NCBI GenBank assembly: GCA_021325025.1
Contig: JAJPHZ010000007.1
Coordinates: 190-64,189 of the forward strand
DNA length: 64,000 bases
From: Pseudomonadota bacterium
GTDB lineage: Bacteria; Desulfobacterota; Binatia; Binatales; Binataceae
Direction: 5' to 3'
A program made the position numbers and the translations under genes. The notes below the pieces were generated by a model. The model ran no database searches and was not told the DNA's origin. It saw only the letters and a program-made list of their open reading frames with translations. This document shows positions 1 to 8,206 of this stretch, piece after piece (position 1 is the stretch's first letter; each line of letters opens with the position of its first letter).

Positions 1-2
1 TC

Positions 3-1097
3 GAATGGCAGCAGAACGTCAAGGACCCCCAGGAGTTCCTCTCCACGGTCAAGGAGGACCTCTTCCCCGAGGAGGTCTTCGTCTTCACGCCCAAGGGCGA
101 CGTGCTGGATTTTCCGCGCGGCGCGACGATTGTCGACTTCGCCTATCGCATCCATTCCCAGGTCGGCAATCATCTGGTCGGCGCGCGCGTCAACGGGCGG
201 CTGGTGCCGCTGCGCTACAAGCTGGAATCGGGCGACACGGTGGAGGTGCTGACCTCCGACAAGCAGGTGCCGGGCAAGGACTGGCTTAACTGGGCGGCGA
301 CGGCGCGCGCCAAAAGCCGTATCCGCCAGTGGCTGCGGGCGCAGGAATCGCAGCGCTCCATCCAGGTCGCGACCGCGATGCTGGATCACGAACTGGCGCC
401 GCTGGGGCTGACGCTTAACCAGTTGCGCCGCGACGGGCGGCTCGATCAGGCGGTCAAGGAATTTTCCACCCGCGACGTCGATACCTTGCTGGCGCAGGTC
501 GGCTATGGAATCGTCTCCGCCGGTCAGTTGCTGACCAAGGTTCTGACCCCCGAGGAACTGAAGGTCATTCGCGGCGAAAAAGTGCCGCAGGCTCCCGCCG
601 AGCGCCCGTCCAAGGAGGCGCGCAAGGCGGCCAGCGGCGGCGTGGTGGTGTCGGGGTTGGGCGACGTGCTGGTGCGCTTCGCCCATTGCTGCAATCCGCT
701 GCCCGGCGAGCGCATCACCGGCTTCATCACGCGCGGGCGCGGGGTCACGATACATCTGGTCGGATGCCCCCGGGCGCTGGAAACCGACCCGCAGCGGCGT
801 GTGCCGGTGGTATGGAAGGACGGTGAGGAGAGCCCCCATCCGATCCGCCTGGAGGTGCTGTGCGTGGACAAGCCCGGCGTGCTGGCCGCGATCACCAAGA
901 ACATCGCTGCGGCTGGCATCAACATCACCGGCGCGCAGGTCAAAAGCACCGACGTCAACCACCGCTCCTCCTCGCTGTTCGAACTCAACGTTACCAGCGC
1001 CCGCCAATTGAACAGCCTGATGCATTCGATCGCGACCATCGACGGCGTGCTGCGCGTCACGCGCGTCGCCCAGCACAACGGCCATCGCCCGGCGTAG
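3..1097 (+). CDS. relA: (p)ppGpp synthetase/hydrolase RelA/SpoT, C-terminal part (5' truncated by window edge)
   Basis: Frame open from nt 3 (EWQQNVKDPQEFLSTVKEDLFPEEVFVFTPKG); TGS domain (GATIVDFAYRIHSQVG..GARVNG), HCCNPLPGE..GFITRGRGVTIH motif, C-terminal ACT domain (DKPGVLAAIT). Confidence 0.95.
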   Translation, partial: EWQQNVKDPQEFLSTVKEDLFPEEVFVFTPKGDVLDFPRGATIVDFAYRIHSQVGNHLVGARVNGRLVPLRYKLESGDTVEVLTSDKQVPGKDWLNWAATARAKSRIRQWLRAQESQRSIQVATAMLDHELAPLGLTLNQLRRDGRLDQAVKEFSTRDVDTLLAQVGYGIVSAGQLLTKVLTPEELKVIRGEKVPQAPAERPSKEARKAASGGVVVSGLGDVLVRFAHCCNPLPGERITGFITRGRGVTIHLVGCPRALETDPQRRVPVVWKDGEESPHPIRLEVLCVDKPGVLAAITKNIAAAGINITGAQVKSTDVNHRSSSLFELNVTSARQLNSLMHSIATIDGVLRVTRVAQHNGHRPA

Positions 1098-1099
1098 GC

Positions 1100-1492
1100 A
1101 TGAAGCAAGCAATCCAGACGCACGCGGCCCCAGCGGCGGTCGGTCCCTACTCGCAGGCAATCGAACTGGACGGCTGGATCTTCTGCTCAGGTCAGATCGG
1201 ACTTGACGCGGCCACGGGCAAGCTGGTCGAGGGTGGAATCGAGGCCGAGACACGCCGCGTGATGGAGAACCTGCGCGAGGTGCTCGACGCGGCCGGCGCA
1301 CGGCTTGCCGATGTGGTCAAGGCCACCATATTTCTGACTGACCTCAAGGACTTCGAGACCGTCAACCGCATCTACAGCGAGCATTTCGAACAGCCCTACC
1401 CGGCCCGCTCCACAGTGCAGGTCTCCGCGCTCCCGCGCGGCGCCCGTGTCGAAATCGAAGTCATCGCGCGCCGTTCCAGCGCCGTCCCCTAA
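1100..1492 (+). CDS. ridA: RidA/YjgF/UK114 family enamine deaminase
   Basis: APAAVGPYSQA, SGQIG, PARSTVQVSALP..VEIE motifs; ATG 2 nt after relA stop. Confidence 0.93.
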   Translation: MKQAIQTHAAPAAVGPYSQAIELDGWIFCSGQIGLDAATGKLVEGGIEAETRRVMENLREVLDAAGARLADVVKATIFLTDLKDFETVNRIYSEHFEQPYPARSTVQVSALPRGARVEIEVIARRSSAVP

Positions 1493-1612
1493 CGCCGCTA
1501 ACCGTACGCCGCCGGGCTGGTAGCCTTGAACAGCGGCCGGAAAGCGGGGCAAGCTTCCGATCAGGATTGGGCAAAAGCGTTTGGGCCGCAAACTCGACTA
1601 TCGGAGGACGAT

Positions 1613-2812
1613 ATGGCCACGGCGAATCAGCAGCCGACGGCGGCAGGACGGGAGTCGTTGGCGGGAATCAAGGTAATCGACGTCGATACCCATTTCACCG
1701 AGCCACACAACCTGTGGACCTCCCGGGCGCCGGCCAAATGGAAGGAGCGCGTTCCGCAGGTCAAAGTCGTCGACGGCAAGCGGCAGTGGATCATCGACGG
1801 CGACCGGCCGATGGGCGCCGCCAATCCTTCCAGTGTGGTCAAGCCCGACGGCGCCAAGGCCAAAGGCATCGAGTTCCTGAAATGGGAAATCGAGGAGGTC
1901 CATCCCGGATCCTATGACGTGAAGCCCCGGCTTGAGTTCATGGACGGGGAAGGGATTTGGGCCCAAATCATCTATCCCAACCTGCTTGGCTTTGGGGGTC
2001 TGCGCGCCGCGACGCTCGATCCCGAACTGCGCCTTTTGTGCACGCAGATTTTCAACGACGCAATGGCGGAGATTCAGGAGCAGTCCGGTAACCGGATGTT
2101 TCCGATGGCGCTGATGCCGTGGTGGGACATGGAGGCCACGCTTAAGGAGGTGCAGCGTTGCCACAAGATGGGCCTTAAGGGCATCAACACCAACTCCAGC
2201 CCCCACGACCATAAGGTGCCCGACCTCGGCGAGCCCCACTGGGATCCACTGTGGGAGTTGTGCTCCGACCTCAACCTGCCGATCAACTTCCATATCGGCT
2301 CGAGTACCGAAGGCATCGACTGGTTCGGCAAGGCGCCGTGGCCCTCGCAATCGGTCGACCGCAGGATTGCGCTGGGCTCGACCATGCTGTTCATGCATAA
2401 CGCCCAGGTCTTCGCCAACATCATCTACTCGGGGCTGCTGGAGCGTTTCCCCAGGCTTAAGTTCGTGTCGGTGGAAAGCGGCGTGGGCTGGATGCCGTTT
2501 TTACTCGAAACGCTGGACTACGAGCTTGAGGAAGCGGCGCCGCGCGCCAAGAAGATTCTCACCATGAAGCCCTCCGAGTATTTCAAACGCAATATCTACT
2601 CGTGCTTCTGGTTCGAGGACCAGGGCCTGCACAATGCGATCAGGGCGGTGGGTGTGGACAACCTCATGTTCGAGACCGACTTTCCCCATCCCACCTGCCT
2701 GTATCCCAACGCGCTGGACCATGTCGCACACACGCTGGGAGATTTCGACTTCGAGACCAGGCGCAAGCTGCTGAGCACCAACGCGTCGCGAGTGTACTCG
2801 ATCCCGGTGTAA
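1613..2812 (+). CDS. Amidohydrolase family protein (amidohydro_2/LigW-ACMSD-like), tandem copy 1
   Basis: IDVDTH, INFHIG, VSVESGVGW, FETDFPHP motifs; GGAGG RBS before ATG 1613. Confidence 0.9.
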   Translation: MATANQQPTAAGRESLAGIKVIDVDTHFTEPHNLWTSRAPAKWKERVPQVKVVDGKRQWIIDGDRPMGAANPSSVVKPDGAKAKGIEFLKWEIEEVHPGSYDVKPRLEFMDGEGIWAQIIYPNLLGFGGLRAATLDPELRLLCTQIFNDAMAEIQEQSGNRMFPMALMPWWDMEATLKEVQRCHKMGLKGINTNSSPHDHKVPDLGEPHWDPLWELCSDLNLPINFHIGSSTEGIDWFGKAPWPSQSVDRRIALGSTMLFMHNAQVFANIIYSGLLERFPRLKFVSVESGVGWMPFLLETLDYELEEAAPRAKKILTMKPSEYFKRNIYSCFWFEDQGLHNAIRAVGVDNLMFETDFPHPTCLYPNALDHVAHTLGDFDFETRRKLLSTNASRVYSIPV

Positions 2813-3123
2813 GCCGCGTTCCAGCAGAAAAAGAACCAGAAAAGAACCGGCGCGGAGGCCGGCGCTACAGAAATGGAGAGGTTGGCTTAATTCGTGCCGA
2901 CCTCCGTGGCGGTTCTTGTGCCGCGGATCGCAAAGTTTGAGCTTGTGTCCGTCCCCGCCGCGCCAGTCTTGACGCCGCCGCACGCGACGTTGTGTATTAG
3001 GTGAACGCCGGGGCAGAAAACAGTACCGGCGGCGGGGTGGGGCCTCTTGGCATCCGGCGGTCTGCATCTGGGGATAAGCGGCCAACCGCCTTCGCTACAA
3101 TTTCAGGCTCGTGGAGGAAAATA

Positions 3124-4320
3124 ATGGCCACTGCACATCAGGCGTCGCCCGGAGCGGCTCGTGATTCGATCGCCGGCATCAAGGTGATCGACGTCGATAC
3201 CCATCTGAGCGAGCCCTACGACCTGTGGAGCTCTCGCGCACCGGCCAAATGGAAGGAGCGCGTCCCGCAGGTCAAAACCATCGACAACAAACGTCAGTGG
3301 GTGATCGACGCCAAAACCGTGATGGGCCCCGCTGCCGCGGTCAGCGTGGTGCGCGCCGATGGCGCCAAGGCCCAAGGCGTCGAGTTTTTCACCTGGCCGC
3401 TGGAAGACGTCCATGCCGGATGTCACACTATCAAGCCGCGCCTTGAGTTCATGGACAGTGAGGGCATCTGGGCGCAAATCCTGTATCCCAACCTGCTGGG
3501 GTTCGGCGGGCAGCGCGCCGCCGGCTTCGATCCCGAGCTGCGCCTGATCTGTACGCAGATCTACAACGATGCGATGGCGGAATTTCAGCAGGAATCCGGC
3601 CAGCGCATCTTCGGGATGGCACTGATGCCGTGGTGGGACGTAAAGGAAGCGGTCAAGGAGACCATCCGCTGTCACAAGATGGGACTCAAGGGCATCAACA
3701 CCAACTCCTGCCCGCAGGACCATGGAATTCCCGACCTCGGCCAGGACTATTGGCATCCGCTATGGGAGGTGTGTTCGGACCTGGGCATGCCGATCAACTT
3801 TCACATCGGCAACAGCACAGAGTCGATGGACTTCTTCGGCAAGTCTTGCTGGCCCTCCCAGACCCCGGAGATGAAGCTGGCGCTGGGCTCGACGCTGCTG
3901 TTCCTGCACAACGCCGGAGTGTTTGCCAACATCATCTATTCCGGCATCCTGGAGCGGTTCCCCAAGCTTAAGTTCGTGTCGGTGGAAAGCGGGATCGGCT
4001 GGATGCCGTTTTTGCTCGACGCGCTGGACTGGGAGTTCAACGAGGTCGATCCGCGCTCCAAGCATCTCACCATGAAGCCGTCGGATTACTTTCGCCGGCA
4101 GATTTACGCGTGCTTTTGGTTTGAAACCAAGGCTTTCAGGACGGCGCTGGATGTAATCGGCGAGGACAACATCATGTTCGAAACCGATTTCCCCCATCCG
4201 ACCTGCCTGTATCCCAAGGCCCTGGATCACGCCCTCCACACCCTGGAGGGACTGAGCCTGGAGACCAAGCGCAAGCTGCTCAGCGGCAACGCGTCGCGGG
4301 TGTATTCGATCCCGGTGTAG
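3124..4320 (+). CDS. Amidohydrolase family protein, tandem copy 2
   Basis: Same motifs (IDVDTH, INFHIG, FETDFPHP); collinear paralog of 1613..2812; GGAGG RBS. Confidence 0.9.
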   Translation: MATAHQASPGAARDSIAGIKVIDVDTHLSEPYDLWSSRAPAKWKERVPQVKTIDNKRQWVIDAKTVMGPAAAVSVVRADGAKAQGVEFFTWPLEDVHAGCHTIKPRLEFMDSEGIWAQILYPNLLGFGGQRAAGFDPELRLICTQIYNDAMAEFQQESGQRIFGMALMPWWDVKEAVKETIRCHKMGLKGINTNSCPQDHGIPDLGQDYWHPLWEVCSDLGMPINFHIGNSTESMDFFGKSCWPSQTPEMKLALGSTLLFLHNAGVFANIIYSGILERFPKLKFVSVESGIGWMPFLLDALDWEFNEVDPRSKHLTMKPSDYFRRQIYACFWFETKAFRTALDVIGEDNIMFETDFPHPTCLYPKALDHALHTLEGLSLETKRKLLSGNASRVYSIPV

Positions 4321-4329
4321 TTCTGCGAA

Positions 4330-4400
4330 CGCCTCTCCCACACCCACGGTTTGTGGGAGAGGCGCATCCCTCTCCCCCTCTGGCTGTGACTGGGAGAGGG
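4330..4400. repeat. REP-like double hairpin between convergent genes (possible bidirectional terminator)
   Basis: Perfect 13-bp stem CGCCTCTCCCACA(4330-4342)/TGTGGGAGAGGCG(4352-4364) and second stem CCCTCTCCC(4368-4376)/GGGAGAGGG(4392-4400). Confidence 0.65.
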
Positions 4401-4425
4401 GAGGGCGGGTGGTGCACTTCGATCT

Positions 4426-4794
4426 TTAGGCGATATCCTCGAAACGCACTTCGTCGCCGGCACGCGTGGCGGCGCGCTGTGCCGCGCCGGCCTCCAGCTC
4501 CAGGACGCTGTGCGCGCCGAGCACCGGCGCCGTCAGCCGCCATGGCTTGACGGCCGGCATCAGGCGGATGATGCGGCCGCTGCGGCCCAAAAATACCAAA
4601 TCGATAGGAAAGCGCATGAAAAAGGTGTGAATCCACAGCATCGGGAGCAGCGGTCCGGAGCCGATCAACAATCCGGCGCCGGGGGCGAGCGCCTCCCGAC
4701 CCATCAGGCCCCGGCCGCGCGCAATCGCGCTGGCGGCCTCCTCTACGGACGCACATAAAACGCTACCGCGCGTAATGTTAATCGCCCGCCTCAC
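4426..4794 (-). CDS. DUF192 family protein
   Basis: RGRGLMGR..L..G.GLLI, IHTFFMRFPIDLVFL, VLELEAG motifs; start uncertain (GTG 4794). Confidence 0.85.
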   Translation of the reverse strand: MRRAINITRGSVLCASVEEAASAIARGRGLMGREALAPGAGLLIGSGPLLPMLWIHTFFMRFPIDLVFLGRSGRIIRLMPAVKPWRLTAPVLGAHSVLELEAGAAQRAATRAGDEVRFEDIA

Positions 4795-5069
4795 GCGCTT
4801 GAGGTTGCAGCAGCGTGCGCACATTTGCAAGCGTCACCACCTCACGCGCGCAAGCGTCCGGACCTTGCCAGTCTTACCAACGTGGTGCGGGTGCCGCTTG
4901 GCGGCCTGCCAACTCTTTGGCGGAGCGCGGTTTGACACATAGTGACGGCCGCAGTCGCTCGTCCGATTCCGGACGCCGATTGTTCGCCGCGAACGGGCAG
5001 ATTAAGCTAATGCCGCCTCGTGCTTGGGCCGAGGCGGCGGGGAACTCTGATAGGCAAAGGAGGCCTGTG

Positions 5070-5798
5070 GTGAAACGTCGTCCCGGTTTTTGGCTAGCGA
5101 TGCTGATTGCCTGCTGTGTTGCGTGCAGCAGCGGCGTTGCGCGCGCCCAGATAAGCGTTACCGTGACCCACTCGGTCGCCATCGTGGTAAGCGGGGGTTC
5201 CAGCATCTCCGACGCCGGCGACTTCACGGTGACCAATTCCAGCGGCGCAACCATCACCATCAATTCAATCAATCTTTCGGCCACGGCGCCCGGGATTTTT
5301 TCCTCCCTGTCGATGACCGGCCAGGTGCCGGGATCCTCCGCGGTGGTGGTGCAAAGCGATCCTAATCCGCCCGGGACCTCGAACACCTTCAGCTTTGCCG
5401 CGCTGCCCGCTCTGCCCAACGGTCAGACCGCGACCTTCACACTCTCGGGGACGGCCGCTTCGTCGCCGACCGCGACTCCGTCCGCCACTTTGATCGAGCT
5501 GCAGAGAAAACACCCCACCTATGCCGGCGTGCTGTGGCCACTGCCGGGAGGGCTGAAGATGCCGGCCGGCCTGCTCACCGCCCTGGCGCTGGGAATGCTG
5601 TTGATGACCGGCAAGCTGCGCCGCCGGCATCTGATCCTGCTGGCGATCGCGATGGTGCTGGCGGCCACCGAGGTGGGATGCGGCAGTGGATCGAACTTCG
5701 GCGGAACCTCGCTTCAGACCGTGCAGACCATCACGGTCAGTTCCGGCGGCACACCCACCGGTTTGCCCGCCGAGCTGGGGTCGATCACGGTGCAGTAG
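5070..5798 (+). CDS. Exported Ser/Thr-rich beta-domain protein with C-terminal TM hairpin and internal lipobox-like GC motif
   Basis: AGGAGG RBS 5058-5063; signal peptide MKRR..VARA|Q; two hydrophobic helices joined by KLRRRH; EVGCGSGS; homologous to the C-terminus of the sedolisin at 20738..23206. Confidence 0.75.
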   Translation: MKRRPGFWLAMLIACCVACSSGVARAQISVTVTHSVAIVVSGGSSISDAGDFTVTNSSGATITINSINLSATAPGIFSSLSMTGQVPGSSAVVVQSDPNPPGTSNTFSFAALPALPNGQTATFTLSGTAASSPTATPSATLIELQRKHPTYAGVLWPLPGGLKMPAGLLTALALGMLLMTGKLRRRHLILLAIAMVLAATEVGCGSGSNFGGTSLQTVQTITVSSGGTPTGLPAELGSITVQ

Positions 5799-5803
5799 CC
5801 GGG

Positions 5804-6250
5804 CTACTCGCTGAGCAGATCGGCCAGCACCTCGGCGGCATGGATCCTGGGATCGACCTGCGGATAGGCGCGCAGGATTTTGCCCCGCTCGTCAATCACG
5901 TAGCTGATGCGCTCGGCGTGTGCGGCTTTGGCGCTGGCGCACGCCCCGTAAGCCATTCCCACCTTGCGCTCGGTGTCGCACAACAAGAGGAAGGGAAAGC
6001 TGAACTTTCTGGCAAAGGCGGCGTTGTCCTCGACGCTGTCGAAACTCACCCCGAGCACGACGACCCCATGCTCCTCGAAATAGCTGTACTGGTCGCGAAT
6101 GCTGCATCCCTCGGCGGTGCAGCCGGGTGTAGCGGCCTGCGGGTAGAACCACAGCAGGACCTTCCTGCCGCGCAGGCTCGACAGGCGCAGCGGCTCGCCC
6201 TGGTGGGTCATGGCGGTGAAGTCAGGGGCGTCGTCGCCGGGCTTCAGCAT
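5804..6250 (-). CDS. bcp: Peroxiredoxin, BCP/PrxQ type
   Basis: FYPQAATPGCTAEGC active-site motif (Cys codons are TGC, not Sec). Confidence 0.92.
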   Translation of the reverse strand: MLKPGDDAPDFTAMTHQGEPLRLSSLRGRKVLLWFYPQAATPGCTAEGCSIRDQYSYFEEHGVVVLGVSFDSVEDNAAFARKFSFPFLLLCDTERKVGMAYGACASAKAAHAERISYVIDERGKILRAYPQVDPRIHAAEVLADLLSE

Positions 6251-6348
6251 CGGCGTTTCCTCCTGTTGATCAACGATACCCTTGCATGGGCACGCCGTGA
6301 AAGGCGCGATGGAATCGGGCGGCGGGTCTCTGGTAAGTTGGCAAAACG

Positions 6349-7839
6349 ATGAACCACCAGGGCGAACTCGAGTTCGGCGTGCGCAAGCCCAGGGCGCTGA
6401 GCGTCAGCCAGTTGGTGCGCATGGTGCGCGAATCGCTGGAGTCGAATCTCGACCAATGCTGGGTAGTGGGCGAGGTTTCCAACGCCCGCCTTGCGCCCTC
6501 GGGCCACCTCTACCTGACGCTCAAGGACGCGCGCAGCGCGATCGCGGTGGTGATGTTCCGCAGCGCCTCGGAGCGGCTGCGTTTTCGGGTCAACGACGGC
6601 CTGCAGGTGCTGGTCCGCGGGCGGGTCAGCCTGTACGAAGCGCGCGGCACACTGCAGTTTTATGCCGAAGAAATCCAGCCGCGCGGCCTGGGTGCGCTGC
6701 AACTGGCCTTCGAGCAGCTCAAGCAGAAGCTGGCCGCCGAGGGATTGTTCGACGTGGCGCGCAAACGCCCGGTTCCGTTTTTGCCGCGCACCGTGGGAAT
6801 CGTCACCGCGCTGGGCGGCGCTGCGCTGCGTGACATGCTGTTTATCCTGATGGGCCGCAATCCCAACCTCCATGTGCTGATCCGGCCCACGCGGGTGCAG
6901 GGAGCGGGCGCCGCGGCCGACGTGGCGGCGGGGTTGGACGAGCTCAATCGCGACGGGCGCTGCGAGGTGATTATCGTGGGGCGGGGCGGCGGCTCGCTGG
7001 AAGACCTGTGGGCCTTTAACGAGGAGATCGTCGCGCGCGCCATCCGCCGCTCCGCCATCCCGGTGATTTCCGCGGTCGGCCATGAGATCGATTACACGAT
7101 TGCCGATTTTGCCGCCGATGTGCGCGCCCCCACGCCGACCGCGGCGGCCCATCTGGCCACCGCCAGCAAGGAGGAACTCAAGCAACGCGTGGATGAAACC
7201 GCGGCCACGCTGGTTGGCGCGATGCGCGGCGTCGTGGCGGCCTATCGTAAGGACGTTGCCCAGCTCGCACGCAGGGTACGCAATCCAGCGGCGCAGCTTC
7301 GCCAAAACCGCCAACGCGTGGACGACGCCGCAGGAGCGCTCAATGCCGCCGCGCTGCGCGCTTTGCACGATCGGCGCAGCCGGGTCACGCATCTGGCGCA
7401 GCGGCTGCGCGCTCCGCTGGACGTGGCGCGCGAACTGCGCAACCGCGCCGCGCGTGCCGCTCTGCATCTGGCGCACCGCCTGTCCGCGATGGTGCAGGCA
7501 CGGCGGGTTCAAACCGCCCGCGCGGCGGTAAATCTGGGACGCTCCTCACTGCCGCAGCGCGCCGGCGCTCATCGGCGCGAACTGGCCGCCCACACTGAAC
7601 ATCTGATCGGAAGGATGCACCGCGCCGTGGAGATGCGCCGCCATCGACTGGCGCAGCTTGCCGCGCGCCTGGACTCGCTGTCACCACTCAAGGTGCTCGA
7701 GCGCGGCTACGCGGTGGCCGTCAATCTACGCGACGGACACGCCATCACCGACGCCGCGTCGGTGGAGATCGGCGACGAGCTCGAGGTGCGTGTAAATCGC
7801 GGGCGCATCCGCGCCGTGACCAGCGCGCGCCAGACATGA
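6349..7839 (+). CDS. xseA: Exodeoxyribonuclease VII large subunit
   Basis: GEVSN..SGHLYLTLKD, RGGGSLEDLWAFNEE, SAVGHEID..DFAAD.RAPTPTAAA, LSPLKVLERGY. Confidence 0.96.
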   Translation: MNHQGELEFGVRKPRALSVSQLVRMVRESLESNLDQCWVVGEVSNARLAPSGHLYLTLKDARSAIAVVMFRSASERLRFRVNDGLQVLVRGRVSLYEARGTLQFYAEEIQPRGLGALQLAFEQLKQKLAAEGLFDVARKRPVPFLPRTVGIVTALGGAALRDMLFILMGRNPNLHVLIRPTRVQGAGAAADVAAGLDELNRDGRCEVIIVGRGGGSLEDLWAFNEEIVARAIRRSAIPVISAVGHEIDYTIADFAADVRAPTPTAAAHLATASKEELKQRVDETAATLVGAMRGVVAAYRKDVAQLARRVRNPAAQLRQNRQRVDDAAGALNAAALRALHDRRSRVTHLAQRLRAPLDVARELRNRAARAALHLAHRLSAMVQARRVQTARAAVNLGRSSLPQRAGAHRRELAAHTEHLIGRMHRAVEMRRHRLAQLAARLDSLSPLKVLERGYAVAVNLRDGHAITDAASVEIGDELEVRVNRGRIRAVTSARQT

Positions 7840-7847
7840 TTTGAACC

Positions 7848-8105
7848 ATGGCGAACCAGGAAAAAAAATTCGAAGACGAACTCAAGGAGCTCGAAGACAC
7901 CGTGGCGCGGATCGACAGCGGCGAACTGTCGCTGGAAGAATCGATCCAGGCCTTCGAGCACGGCGTCGCGCTGGTGCGCTCGCTCAATCAGAAGCTCGAC
8001 GAAGCGGAGAAGAAGATCGAGGTCCTCGTCCGCGACAGCCAGGGTGAGCTGCGCACCACGCCCTACCGCGTCGAAGCAAAAAACGGCGGCGAGGAAGAAG
8101 AATAG
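7848..8105 (+). CDS. xseB: Exodeoxyribonuclease VII small subunit
   Basis: KFE..LKELE..V..IDSGELSLEESIQAFEHG; directly after xseA. Confidence 0.95.
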   Translation: MANQEKKFEDELKELEDTVARIDSGELSLEESIQAFEHGVALVRSLNQKLDEAEKKIEVLVRDSQGELRTTPYRVEAKNGGEEEE

Positions 8106-8206
8106 TCATGAGCTTCTCCCCCGGCAGGGTACAAGCGCCGGACCAAACGGGAGACTTGTTTTCGCTGCGGGTGGTGGGTCGGTAGGTTGCGGCTCGCTTT
8201 GAGTTG

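Noticed and set aside
2825-2848. Short direct repeat CAGAAAA(A)GAAC x2
   Set aside because: Only two imperfect copies with no spacer structure; not CRISPR-like.
5804-6250. Possible selenocysteine in the BCP active site
   Set aside because: Both Cys codons of PGCTAEGC are TGC and the ORF is uninterrupted.
6349-8105. xseAB not followed by ispA/dxs
   Set aside because: Simple synteny break with no evidence of an insertion boundary.
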